Assembly: GCA_030295235.1 (NCBI GenBank) | Contig: AP026132.1 | Coordinates: forward strand, 930,001-994,000 | Length of the DNA stretch: 64,000 nucleotides | Direction of reading: 5' to 3' | From: Fistulifera solaris | Taxonomy: Eukaryota | Shown: one piece after another, positions 23,982 through 35,849 of the stretch | Numbering within the stretch: the stretch's first letter is position 1 | Layout: every line of letters begins with the position of its first letter | Position numbers and translations under genes: made by a program | Notes under the pieces: generated by a model | Database searches by the model: none | The model's input: the letters and a program-made list of their open reading frames with translations, nothing else | What the model was told of the DNA's origin: nothing

Positions 23982-24978
23982 TTAACGAGTCCATTGAGCA
24001 GCCTTGATGGGAGGAAAGGTTTCCACCGTAATATCATCGTACGCAAATGTGACACAGGAGAGTCGATAACTATCGGGATTTTCGCGCAGAGTAGAAGCTT
24101 CATCCATGGATTTTCGGTTGGTTCCCAGACTTCCTTTCGTAATGTTTACAATGCAAGTTCCACAGAGCTGCTTGCCCTTACAGTTGGTCCATCGCGTCAC
24201 GCTTTGGTAAACATTAATGTCATTGTCGACCAATAGTTCCCGCACGTTTACTCCTGGTTTCGCTGTCAAAGTAACCACGGCTTCTTCTTGTGAACCTTTG
24301 TTCTGGATCACCGTCACGGTGATTTGTTCAGAGTCGCCTTGAATTGAATTACCATTCGCACAGATCGCTTTCAAATCTTGTTTGGTACCACGAAAGAAAA
24401 CGAAATCAACCTCACGTACTGACTTGTCCAGCTCTACAAAGGTATTCATGACCAAATCAAACGGAGCGCCGATCAGTGGAATGGGCACTCCTCCCACGGG
24501 CGTCAATTCACACAATTGATCTCCTTTTGCACTTCCCCCGAAAAGGCGGCGTCGCCGGCTGGATCCATGTCTCGCACATACACGAAGGAGAAACTGAGAT
24601 CGGTGCCCCAATCAATGCCTAGAGTGAACCCGAACAGAATATTCATTAATGATAATATGTTAGAACTCACTTTATGAAATGCAATTGAGAATCGGATGCA
24701 TATTTTCACTTACCAGGAGCGCGACTGAGCCGCACCTTGTACAAACGTGGGTCCAAAGAGAGATCGATACCTTCGCTTGCATCAATTGCTTCACGGCTAC
24801 CACTTTCTTCCCTGGAGAGATATAATCCTTTGCTTGCAGAACTGCGGAAAGGCAGTCCTCGTTGTTGAAGCGCATGAAGAGGCATCATGGAAAACGACCA
24901 GACGGGATGCAGGAACAACGCGACAACGAGAAGGGCGACCCTTCTGTCTGTTGTTGACGATGAAGGAAGGGAGTACAT
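23982..24978 (-). CDS. Plastid-targeted PDZ-like plus 2Fe-2S ferredoxin protein
   Basis: Signal peptide ending VWS-F. Intron 24619..24713. PDZ-like segment VRLSRAPGIDWG..VYVRDMDPAGDAAFSGEVQKGDQL. -1 indel at 24525-24528. NCKGKQLCGTC..RLSC cluster ligands. Confidence 0.85.
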
Positions 24979-25470
24979 TGTTTAATATAAATGAGATCAG
25001 ATGCTTGTCGAGTTACCCGACGAGATTATTGTGCTTTATTGTTGTCGTCCGCACCTTGCATTTTTCATGGGCTACCCATGGGCAAAATTGAGCCCAAAAA
25101 CATGGTTTGCTCACACTCAGATTTAAATGTAGCATTGAGGACAGAGTCCTTCCCATAGTACATGTTGTTTTGGAGCGGTACTCCTTCCCTGCTTCTTGTC
25201 GCAGCGTGTTCGAAAAATGTCGTCTAGGGTGCATGGACAGACTGGACCCTCTATCAAATTCGTGACTAAAGCATCATCAAACTTGATTTCGGGACTCACG
25301 TACCCTTCCGTACATTGGCTACGAGAATGGATATTATTTGTTTTGTGAATAAACGCAATTGTCTTGTCGCTTTCACATTTTTCCGTCATTTATTCGATCC
25401 CTCTTAGAACAATCGATTCACTCCAGCAAAAAGAGCAAGAAAGAGTGCTGCTGATAAGCCTAAAAACGAA

Positions 25471-26355
25471 ATGGCCGACGTTTCCGCGCCAACACACCGC
25501 TACCAATGCATCTACTGCTCCACTCCGTGCGATGCACTTTATCGTGTGTACGGCGTCTCGGCGACCCAAACCATCAAATTGAGTCGCTGTACGCATTGTC
25601 AACGTGACGTCGATCCTTATTGTGAAAGAGAACTCATGTTGGTAATATTGGATTGTTTGTTGTTTCGCGAAGAAGCCTACCGTCATTTTCTGTTTCATCG
25701 CTATCGCGATTTACAACTGAATACACGGGAATCCAAGATACTATTGTTACTGGCCAGTAGTTGCTTGCGGGCTTATGTGATTTCGGTTGCGGAACACGGA
25801 GATCTTGAAGAGAATGTTGCGCGCTGGCTGATTTACTTTCTCCAACAAACGATCCTTTCCGGTATTGTTTATTTTTTGCAATCGCAGTGCATCTTTGGGT
25901 GCATATTGACTCTCGCCAAAGGAAGCAATGAATTCTCTCCGCTGCTGGAATCTTGTGGGGAAGGTGCAACGAACGAATTGTTCACACAGATTGATTTATC
26001 CTTACTGTTGCCCACGGCGTGCCATGTTGCCACAATTTTTGTACAAATATGGGAAGATAGTGATACCGTTCGCCTGATGGGATCCTGCCTAATACTGGCG
26101 TATCAATGGTTTGCTTTGAATACCATTGTGCGCGGGAGATTGGGTGTTTCTTCCTCATGTTCAAAAACTGTGATGGTGACGATCGTCTTTGTGCTATCCC
26201 TCCTCGTGCGGGATGTCGCGCTCGAACTCATTCGACTTACATGGAGTGAAGTACCATCTACGATCTGTGCTGGGGTAGAACTCAAGATTGGGAATTTATG
26301 GTTACCATTCTTGGCTTCGAAAGAGCTAAAGATCCCTCAACTATGTCTCTCGTGA
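25471..26355 (+). CDS. ARV1: ARV1-family sterol/lipid homeostasis membrane protein
   Basis: CIYC..LYRVY..IKLSRCTHC..VDPYCERE..ILDCLLFREEAYRHFLF (Arv1 homology domain), followed by TM helices. Confidence 0.92.
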   Translation: MADVSAPTHRYQCIYCSTPCDALYRVYGVSATQTIKLSRCTHCQRDVDPYCERELMLVILDCLLFREEAYRHFLFHRYRDLQLNTRESKILLLLASSCLRAYVISVAEHGDLEENVARWLIYFLQQTILSGIVYFLQSQCIFGCILTLAKGSNEFSPLLESCGEGATNELFTQIDLSLLLPTACHVATIFVQIWEDSDTVRLMGSCLILAYQWFALNTIVRGRLGVSSSCSKTVMVTIVFVLSLLVRDVALELIRLTWSEVPSTICAGVELKIGNLWLPFLASKELKIPQLCLS

Positions 26356-26586
26356 TTCGATGATTCGGGATTGCTACATGCTGTCGCATAGGCGACGCAC
26401 TCTACTCGTGAAGAGTTGACGATGACGTAGAGGTGCGCGCAGCCTTTGTTGCGTTTTCTCGTTTCTCGTTTCTCGAGGCAGACGACGAGTCAGCAATGAT
26501 CGAGCAATGAGCAATAAGCAATGAGCAATAACGAGGTGTGCTCTTAGTTCATGGCGTTGCTCCTCATGTTTCAATCCTGTGGAACT

Positions 26587-28310
26587 ATGAAGCGTTCTTG
26601 TCTCCTTTTCAACTGTTGGGCTATCATTTCATCTAGCGGCTTTTCGCCGCGAACGATTTCTCCTCTTCATTGTCGTCGTCAGTGCGAAGAAGTTTATCCT
26701 CTTCGCCATTTGACGTTGCCGAAACTTCTCCCAAGTCACCACTGACTCAATGGAATACAACCATACAATTACCGTCTTATCCGGATCTCATGGCATTATC
26801 ATCGGGCGAATGCTTTACCAGTGACCCCATTTCCGTGGCGACCGAAAATGGCACATCGTATGATTTTTGCATCAAATTCTATCCACGAGGCGGTGGACAT
26901 TCATCGTCCCGTTCGGTGCTTTCTACAAAACCAAAAAGCGGCTTTGGCATGTCGTATCGTGTCCTCCCGATGTTTGGCCCACCGCCCGACGAAAAAGTGG
27001 GGGTCTACTTGCAATTTTTGCCTCGCCACCCGTCGGATACCGTCGATGCTACTTTTGCGCTCCGAATGAAAGGGCAGCAACGGAAAGGACCGAAATTTGA
27101 TGTCGAATGGCGGGCGGGGATGCGCTTTGTTTCTTTGGAGGAAACAAAATTGGCCGAAGGAAGGGCGAATGATTTCGGTGCTCATTTGATGCAAACGTAT
27201 TTATTGGCGGATTTTGTCGGCTACGATGACTCCAACAACCAACCTACACCTGTGTATCTATCTCTCGAAATCGCCATTCACGGGAAACCTTTGCCGGTTC
27301 ATGAAAATCGATGGACGGCAAATTCCGCTCGGGAACAACCCACGACGTCGTTTTGGAGACGAGCCTGGCGAGATCTTCGTGAATCCGACGCCTCGGTCGC
27401 GTATCATGATCCCGAACAATTGCGCGTCGGTCGTATTGTGGTGCCGATTCTACGGAGTTTAGCGGAACGACCGGCCATGTTCCGTCAGGGGACTTATCCC
27501 GGTGTCGAGTATCGAATATTGCGAATCATTGACCCCGAGACAGGAGCCGATCTGTTCTACAGTCGTCCCGGAGTCGATTATGAACTCAAGCCAATTTACC
27601 CTCTTGTACAACAATTGGAGCGATTGTGGCCGGTTCGAGTGAATGAACGAGATATACCGAAACTCTACACACCCGCCATGTACAACGGCATATCGGCCGT
27701 TGGATCGTTGTTGACAGCTGTTACGGGTCTGCTGGCGGCCTTTCTCGTTTCTCAAGCTATCTCCATTTTTGTGATCCCCAGTCGCTCCATGGAACCGACG
27801 CTGCAAGTGGGAGATGTGTTGCTTGTGGACAAGGTGACGCCCAGATTGACGAACAAATTGAATTTGAACAAATACAACGATTGGGTTGGAAACATCATTC
27901 TATTTCATCCTACGGAAAGCTTACAAGACATTGTGTTGAAATCGGGCGGAAGAAAATTAACGGACCGCGAGTTATTTGTCAAACGCGTGGCCGCAGGACC
28001 CGGTTCAACGTTGAAAATTACGGATGCGTCTGGAGCTGTGGAAATCGATGGACGCAAGCCATTGGAACGACGGGACTTTTGCGGAGAAGAACCCACTCGA
28101 TTGATTGAGAAGTTTCTTCGTCAGGGTGACGAATTTCAAGTCGGTCCCAAGCAAGTCGCCGTTTTGGGAGATTGCAGCTCGGTGAGTATTGATTCGCGCG
28201 TTTGGGGTCCTTTACCGACCGACAACATTGTAGGTCGACCTCTTTTGAGAGTCTGGCCACTCTCTCGAGTAGGTCAAATTCAATCTCTGGTAACAGATTG
28301 GAGCGAATGA
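26587..28310 (+). CDS. Type I signal peptidase (S26, thylakoid-processing-like) with N-terminal MATH-like domain
   Basis: Presequence MKRSCLLFNCWAIISSSG-F (one -1 indel near 26657). Catalytic IPSRSMEPTL, FVKRV and LGD..SIDSRVWG motifs. TM helix before the catalytic Ser. Upstream FTSD..FCIKFYPRG..VGVYLQ..DFG pattern. Confidence 0.88.
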
Positions 28311-28468
28311 AAAAAATGCTAATACTCTCAATTTAGATAGAAGACTTCAATTTTTGGCGTTTTGATTTGTTTCGGATGGAAAAGTGTTTTCCAAACTAGA
28401 AATTTTTCAATAGTTCAGTGCACAGCTACTTGCAAAATTGTTCGTGCGAATGATAAATTCATCGCGTC

Positions 28469-29862
28469 TTATTCACCATCTTCTTCGTCATCATCGTCCT
28501 CCAAGGCACTACGATCCAACCACAATCGTTCATCATCATTCAAGGCATTCTCACACAACGGAACTTGCGTTTCATCGGGAATCGTCTTACGCAACCACTT
28601 TCGGAATTCCACAAAGGTCTGATCGACACGACCACGTTTGGTCGACAACCAATCAAAATGCGGATCGGACGGTTTCTTCAACTGCTGCCCTTCCTCTCCC
28701 CCATTCCAATGCATCCGCGCCGTCGAATCCAGGTGCGGATAATGCAACAAGAACGTATTGAGTTGCCAAAATGTGTATCCCATTCTCCGCAATTGCATCA
28801 TCCACGTCATTTTGTTTTTCCCGTACCCCGAAAAGACTTCTTGGAAGGGCGGTACATCTTGACAGTAGCGAAAGACCAGATACGGTTCAAAGCGATTCGA
28901 TAAGACACACTCGAGTGGCAACAAAATATCGGAGGCTTGGGTCAACCAATCGCGGTACCGCGTACTCCCGTGTCCACCGGGATTGGTCGGATCAAACGGA
29001 TCAGCCTTGCCTTGCATGAGCATGTGAATTAATTCATCGCGGGTTTGTGCCATGAGCGGAATGTTGCGTTCTCGACAATCCCGCCATTCTTCGCATTGTC
29101 GAAACATTTGAAAGGCGGGCATTAATAATGCTGTTTTGGTACTGGACAAGAGGAACGCACGGTGTTTGTGCAACAAGTCGTACAAATCGGTGGCGGCCCA
29201 AAAATCAATGTCGACGTAGACGACGTGAGACGTTTGGACGGCCCTCAATGCCGTATTCCGCAAGACATTGACGGGATATTCTTCTTCCGAGTATCCCGAC
29301 ACCAGTTGGATTGTCAAACGTGAGGAATTGGAACAATGAATTTGTTCTTTGACTTCAGAAAGAGGCAATGGCGTAAAGACGGCCAGGGAAATGGGCCCGG
29401 GCCATCGTTGACAATGATATTGTAGCATCCACAATCGATCTTCGGATGTTTGCGTGACAAGTGTAAAGTCGACTTGTTCTTTGTGTGTAAGTGGTGTACA
29501 GACGGGGGCGTGTTTCGAATGCATTTGGAATGTGGGGGAAGTGCTGCGGATTGTTGTTGTGGTCGGCCAGTAACGGACGGCGCAGTAGGAAATGACAAAG
29601 GAAGCCAAGAATAAGGTGCAAGTGAAGGAAAGAATCGTCACTAGTTTCCTCCGCCATCGTTTGTAAAAAAGAGAATTTCGAGGGGATATATGCGGGGAGT
29701 GCGTCGTCGCCGTGGTCGACCGCCGAGACTTTCGGGAGTTTCGACCGCATCGTCGGAACCCGATAACACTGTTTTGAGTTTTCGGGGACTACTCGTTTCC
29801 TGTAAACTAAGTATAATTTCATCGACGGATCGGGAGCGTGGAACAACATTGCGGCGATTCAT
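28469..29862 (-). CDS. GT49 glycosyltransferase (LARGE glucuronyltransferase domain / B4GAT1-like), type II membrane
   Basis: FTLVTQTSEDRL, WPGPISLAVF, YPVNVLRN, YVDIDF (DxD), FEPYLV, FSGYGKNK, FLLHYPH. ATG 29862 joined via a -1 indel at 29694-29697. Confidence 0.88.
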
Positions 29863-30436
29863 GGCTTGATAAGTGTTTGCTTCTATTGCTGTTATTGTCG
29901 ATGGAAGGAAGAATAAACACACACAGCCACAAATTTTTTTGTCATCGTCGTCGTTGTTTTCGTCCATCTGCCTCGAAACTTGAACGTGGTTCTGACTCAC
30001 CTTCCAAGTACACTCCAAGTGTCAGACCGGTTTCAGTCAACGGTCAGCATTTTGACTCACGTCTCAAACCCAGTCACGACTTGAAGCGACAGCTGCGGTC
30101 TGTCCTTCAACAGGAAAGCGACAGAAGTGTCAATGACCGTCGCAACAACTGTACCCGATGTGACTGAATCTTCCCATACAGGAGTGTACGCAGCCGGACT
30201 CTCTTGGATCGGAGTGTCGAGGCTGACGTTTGTATGTCACAAAATGTAGTCGCACGCGCCAAGGCATTGACTTCGCAATCCTCCCTCGCTTATCACCGCG
30301 ACGGAAGGAAAAAAAGCACCGCCATTTCGCATCGTCCGCCGTCGTCGCCGGATGGATGAGACGAACCATTCAATAGCATAGGAACGGTTGATTCCGTCTC
30401 TTCTCACAATACAAATAAAACTACTACACGACAAGA

Positions 30437-33400
30437 ATGGATTTACAGGATCGTCCGCAACGACGACGCAAATCGGTGACACATTACTCCGATGACAATC
30501 CGAGTACGTTTACTATCAAACGCAAACGGGGAGACAAGTCATTCTCACCGCCCACCGCTGCGGTGCGCAAGAAAGCGTCTGCAACAACTTCAAACACTAG
30601 CACAACAACAACAACTACAACGCGCAAACGCAAGCTCCGTGTTGTTCCGGAAGCGCCTCCTCCGTTACAAGACACGATACTGTCACACGCCGTATCGATC
30701 GAACCGATCCTTCCCTTGAATCTTCTCGCGAATGCTTCTTCCACTGCTTCAACCACATGCGACGCCCTCCAAAGTTTACCGCATCCACCTCGAAAACCAA
30801 CTTGGTCTTCGGTGGTTTCTGCGTACTCGGGAATTTTATTGCAACGTCAGTATGTCTCCGCGTCGGTCGTACAAGTTCCACCTCCGGCCGTGTCGTGTTG
30901 GACTTGTTATCAGAATCAGTTCGCCGTGGGTGATGTTGCGGGGGCGTTGTTTTGTATACGACGCAAGGTCGGACGTTGCCCTTGGCGCGACTGCACACCC
31001 GCGCCTGGCATCGGGAACAAACGCGCATTTTGGATAGCAAAAGACCATTTCGTATCCGAATGCGGTCCAACACGTCGTGTGGCGGCACGACAGTATCGTG
31101 TTACAAACCAGTCAAGAAATAGAACTCTTTGTTATCGGTAGAGAAGGAAAATGGAATGAACACGCTGTACGAACAGTGCCATTGCGAACGACTTTTCTCC
31201 ATGTGTGGTCGGGAAATTTGGATGTCTACTCAACAACGACGACGACGACGACGACGACTCATCGTATTCTTTGGGCGACCGGTGGACGAGAATGCTCTAC
31301 GGATGATGGGAACGAATGTATTACGAAGAGTGAGAAATCAATAAATGGATTGAATGGGAAACGAGGTGACGACGACGCAAACACCGAGGATGCCGTGGTC
31401 AACACATTGTTTCAAATCACCGTCGAGGATTCCAACATGTCGATCGAGTCGATTCAACCAGCGGAAGTATCCACGTTCACGGTATTGACGGCAATTTGGG
31501 ATGCAGTGCTTGCTAATTCGACTATACCTACCCTGTTGGCGGTGGCTTGGACGAATTCCGATACTGTCGAATTGGTGCGATGCGAGGCAACCAATAACAC
31601 CATACTACAACGAACGGAAGGCTGGCCCTTGTCGTCCAGTGCCAATACGTTAGTCACAGTGACGAGCACTTATTGTCACATTCAACAATATTCCAAATTC
31701 ACATTCTTGGTGGGTGGTTTCAAAGGAATTAAAGTCCTCGATACGGCAACCTTGGCGTGTGTGCAAATCATTGGCGAGTCTGTCTCCTTGCACGGAAAGA
31801 CGGTGCAATGGCAATCGGTGGAATGCATTCGACGTCCACGCACCATTGCGCAAGATGAACGAATTCGGCGTCACAAAAAGCAGGAATGGATTGAACGAGC
31901 CGATGAAGTATCACGGAGATTGGAAGAAACGAACGACCGTGATGATGATGACGACGACGATTATTGGCTCATTGGGGTGCCGTCTCCTTACAAAGGTCCG
32001 GAAGAAATGAAGTCCACATTGCACGTGTGGAAACGGGGCATACCCAATCCCATTGTTACGTTACAAGCTCCGGCGGGGGGATGTTTGGGCTTCTCGGCGC
32101 AGTGTGACACTAGTGGGTGGAAGATGTTTTGTGCGACCGCCGAGTTTGGAGAAATTTGGGAATGGAAGTCTTCGATGGTGTCGGACTTTGCTGGTGTCAT
32201 GTACCCGGTGGGATACCAAGTCGTGGATGACAACATCGAGTACATGGAAGATGAAGATGAACTCGACCAGCTGGTGGTGAGCGAAAATGTGGAAGAAAGG
32301 AACGAGCCGTCGAAGATGCTTCGTGGACGCGATGTGAGCCAGCATGACGAGGATTTGATGCGGGCGTTGGAGTTGTCTTTGCAAGAGCAGAAGAAAAAGG
32401 ATCGTGACGAGTCGTCATCTTTGGCTAGTCATGTGCCTCCTATCGATATATTGAACCATGATTCTCCGAGTCATTCGGAACTCATACCTTGTAATCCGGA
32501 CCTGGTACTCGTTCGCAATGAAGCTGACCAGCAGACGAATAGTCCCAAGTCACCAATATTGTCACCACAACGGAGAGATGGGTTTGAGTCGGAAGTACTC
32601 TTGGAACTCCCTCAAACGAAGCAAGTTCGTCAAACATATGCGCGTTTGAAGCAGCAACAAGAAGCGTTGGCGCAAAGCGCGACTGTTCTGGTGAATGCAT
32701 CGTCTATACCCTTGCCTCCTCGACTCAAAGGAAAGCGCACGAAAGTCGCCAATGTCGAAGTGCTTCTCCAATCTTGCGTCAATCCAAATTTAAGAACTTT
32801 TATGGGGACACAACAAGCGTGCTGGTCGTCCGGAGATGGATGTCATGTTTCGAAAGCAGCGGCAAATGGTGCAAGGAGATCTATAGCGAGACAGCCAAAG
32901 GAAGTCTTGATGGAAAAGAACAATGGCCCCGTAGACGAAAAAGAGCTTGCCATGGAACTCCTCTTTCTGGGTCCGGGCAGATCGGCATCCATGTCCCCTA
33001 ACACGTCACAAGCTTCCGAGTCCAGTGTTGCAATGCCCGAAACACAGGTGAGCCATCCTACGCAGGCAAATTGCTCAGTCAACAATACGTGTGCAGCATG
33101 TCGGGGCCGTATGGTATTTCATTCTTGCGGAAGACGAGAAAAGCCGGTGGATTATGAGGCAATTGAACGTGCTGAACGCGAGCAGAAGGAGAGGGAAGCA
33201 GAAGAAAGGAATAAGCAGCGGGTTGAAAAGCGCCGAGCTGCCGACGCAAAGAGACGAGAAGAGCGGAAGAAAAAGAAAGACGAAGAAGCACGAGTTCGAA
33301 TGGAAGAGGAGCAGAAGAGACGAGAGGAAGTGGAAAGAATGCAACAGTTGGAGGCCGACCAATTTGACGAAGCCCATATTCGCGAGGATGCAGGAAATGT

Positions 33401-34265
33401 GAATGTTGGGTCTACCTTGGCTTACATGGAGGAAAACAACGATCGACCATGTTCTCTGCACTCCTCTAGTTTCAATTCGGTGGATCGTGACTTCCAGCAA
33501 GAGCACCGAATTGCTCATGCTCAAGCATACACCACATTGGAAGAGGCGCACAACAACCGGAACTCTCATCTGCAGGTTTACGACGGACTGAAAAGTTCGC
33601 CAAACAGCGCTCACGCTCAGGCAAACGGTATGTTTGAGGAGCAACGAAGTCACAGTTCATATCACAGCGTTGACTATGGGCATCAAGATAGTTTTCGTTC
33701 GGAAGTGTCATCTATTCGTCTCGAAACGATCCGCATCGACGGTGCTGAAGTAAAACCGTACCAGACTATTTCTGGAGAAGATGCCCTTGCCGCTCTCGCA
33801 GGTCTAGCCGATATGGCAGCAGCTGTCAGCACCGAGGAAAGCACTCCAGAATACTCTGATGGCACCTTCCAACATAATAACGATTTGTCAAGACAAACAG
33901 ACACATCGTCCTCCGCACCTGCCTCGTGGTATATGCGTGAAAGCGAAAGCGGTTTTCACTCGAACTACCCCGATCCTGGCCATCATTCGATAGGAAATTC
34001 TGAACCTGTTGAGGCTACCTATGTTTATCGAGGCTCTCAGGATCGTCGAACAGCGATTGCCCAGGCGTTTCTTGGTAGCTTTTGTGCCGGCGGGAACGGA
34101 ATTCAGCCGTCTTTTGATGGCACTGTTCCGCTCAATTCGATCAACTACAACGAGCTTGCAAAGAATTCTTTCGATGGAACGGATACGAACAAGGACAAGA
34201 AAGAGTCGCAAGAGGAAGGTAATCTGCGTAATGGTACGAGCACTTGGGAGCAGTACCAGGGTTAA
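30437..34265 (+). CDS. Large nuclear protein: degenerate beta-propeller with RBBP5/Swd1-like acidic motif, UIM-like helix, Cys/His cluster and coiled coil
   Basis: Two -1 indels (30940-30944, 31039-31042) join 30437 to ORF 31077..34265. Motifs SDFAG..GYQVVDDNIEYMEDEDELD, DEDLMRALELSLQE and CAACRGRMVFHSC. Basic NLS-like N-terminus. Confidence 0.7.
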
Positions 34266-34375
34266 AGCGAGAAACGCAACAATGGGAGTTCTAGCTAATG
34301 AAAGATAATTTGTTAATTGTAACTTATAATTTTCACTTATGCAAAGACCACTGAGCATAATGCTTGAGCAAACAA

Positions 34376-35216
34376 TTAGAACTCGACGAATGCAGAACGT
34401 CGCTCCGCCGCTGGAAACAGCCACGACAGAAAGCATCCCTTCTCCTTTTTCTGGGGCTTGAAGGTTCGCTTACGACGCAGTTCCCATTCTGTCGGAATTT
34501 CAATTCCGTCTTGGTACTCGGCATGTTGAATGATTGTTTTCAACACGCGCATGATAAGATCCGCCTCAAAGAGCGAAACTTCATCATCGCTGTCGCCGAA
34601 CTTCGTTTTGACATAGAAGCAGAAGCACGGATTCATGGTGATCGCCATCTCAATGAATTCCAGCATTTCCATGTCTTCCAGCTCACGATAACCGGCTCGC
34701 CCGTTGTACGAAACGCGAAACCAGACCGTATCTCCCGACAGGTGCTCTCGATCGTAGACCTCAATGGTCCAAGAATACTTGCGATAATCCGCTACAACAA
34801 GCGGATAGTCACTAAGATCCCAAACTTCTTCTTCCCATTCGTCTCCGGTGACCACAGAAACGTCGGACGAGACGATGTTGGAGTCATCCTGAGACAGAAT
34901 CAAATCGAAAGGCAAGGTTTCCTCGGGTTGAGGGGGGTACAACGGGGAACAAACGACGCATCAGGTGCACCTGCTCGTTCAAGTCATCGCCGGGTGTCTC
35001 TGGCTTGTCTTCGCTGTCAGAAGAAGTATTCAGCATCATCTTCTCGGCCATGTCCTTTCGAACGAGAGCTTTGGCTTGCTCCTGCTTCAAGAGGGCCTTG
35101 CGAGACGACCCAATCTTCTCCGTCATGTCGTCATGAAAGTTGAAGACCGGCGTGAAGCGAACGAGCTTTGGTTTGGGGAGGAATCGGAGGTCGGATACTT
35201 GCAATTGAGCGCTCAT
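34376..35216 (-). CDS. Hypothetical acidic protein
   Basis: ORFs 34884..35216 and 34376..34942 overlap at a G6 run (34932-34937). No family recognised. Confidence 0.6.
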
Positions 35217-35478
35217 GGTGATGTCTTGATGGGTCGGCTTTGACTTTTGCTTTGTGTGTCGAGTTTACTCGATTGTTTTTTTATGAGACGAACTCATCGC
35301 ACTCCCTTTGAACAACACGACCCACAATTTGTAAACTGGAAACGTTTTGAATATAAAAACTGCATCGTGCGTTACAGTTTCGGACGACCCGTTTCGTTGC
35401 AACAAAACTTTTGGAAACGAAACAATAATGCGAGCGGTTTTCTTTGTCGCAAAAAAATTGAGTCTTGCTTCGAAAGTC

Positions 35479-35775
35479 ATATCCGGGTTATCCTCTGTCG
35501 AACAATTTCCTACGAGGACTACGTGAAAGTGACGTAGACATTGAAAGTGCTGAATCAAAATCAAAACTTCTTTCAATGTCTTGAATGTGAATAGAAATCG
35601 CAAATTGGTTGCCAAACCGAGTACGATTGTTGAGTAAAGTAACAATGGCATCGGGCCCATAGACGCTAAGATGAGTAAGATCAAATTACACAATCTCGTT
35701 GAAGTACCTACGTCGCTAAGATTCCTACGGCGGCTACGTGGAATTAACATAGACTTTCAAAGCATTGCATCTTTC
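35479..35775. repeat. Two degenerate copies of the CTACGT-N7-ACGTAG dyad element, 215 bp apart
   Basis: Dyads at 35519-35537 and 35734-35752. Flanks align with 37275-37344 and 51096-51165 respectively. Confidence 0.75.
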
Positions 35776-35849
35776 CTTTTTCTACTTTTTGAGCTCAATT
35801 TGACGTCTACCAGTGCTTCACAACCCATTGCTTTCATATTGCTGAAAGT

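Noticed and set aside
31231..31258. (ACG)n and nearby (ACA)n microsatellites
   Set aside because: They encode poly-Thr tracts within the 30437..34265 gene; ordinary low complexity.
34364..35143. 259-aa plus-strand ORF and similar long antisense ORFs (e.g. 33075..33653, 48831..49340, 49639..50234)
   Set aside because: They are shadows of better-supported genes on the opposite strand and have no recognisable motifs.
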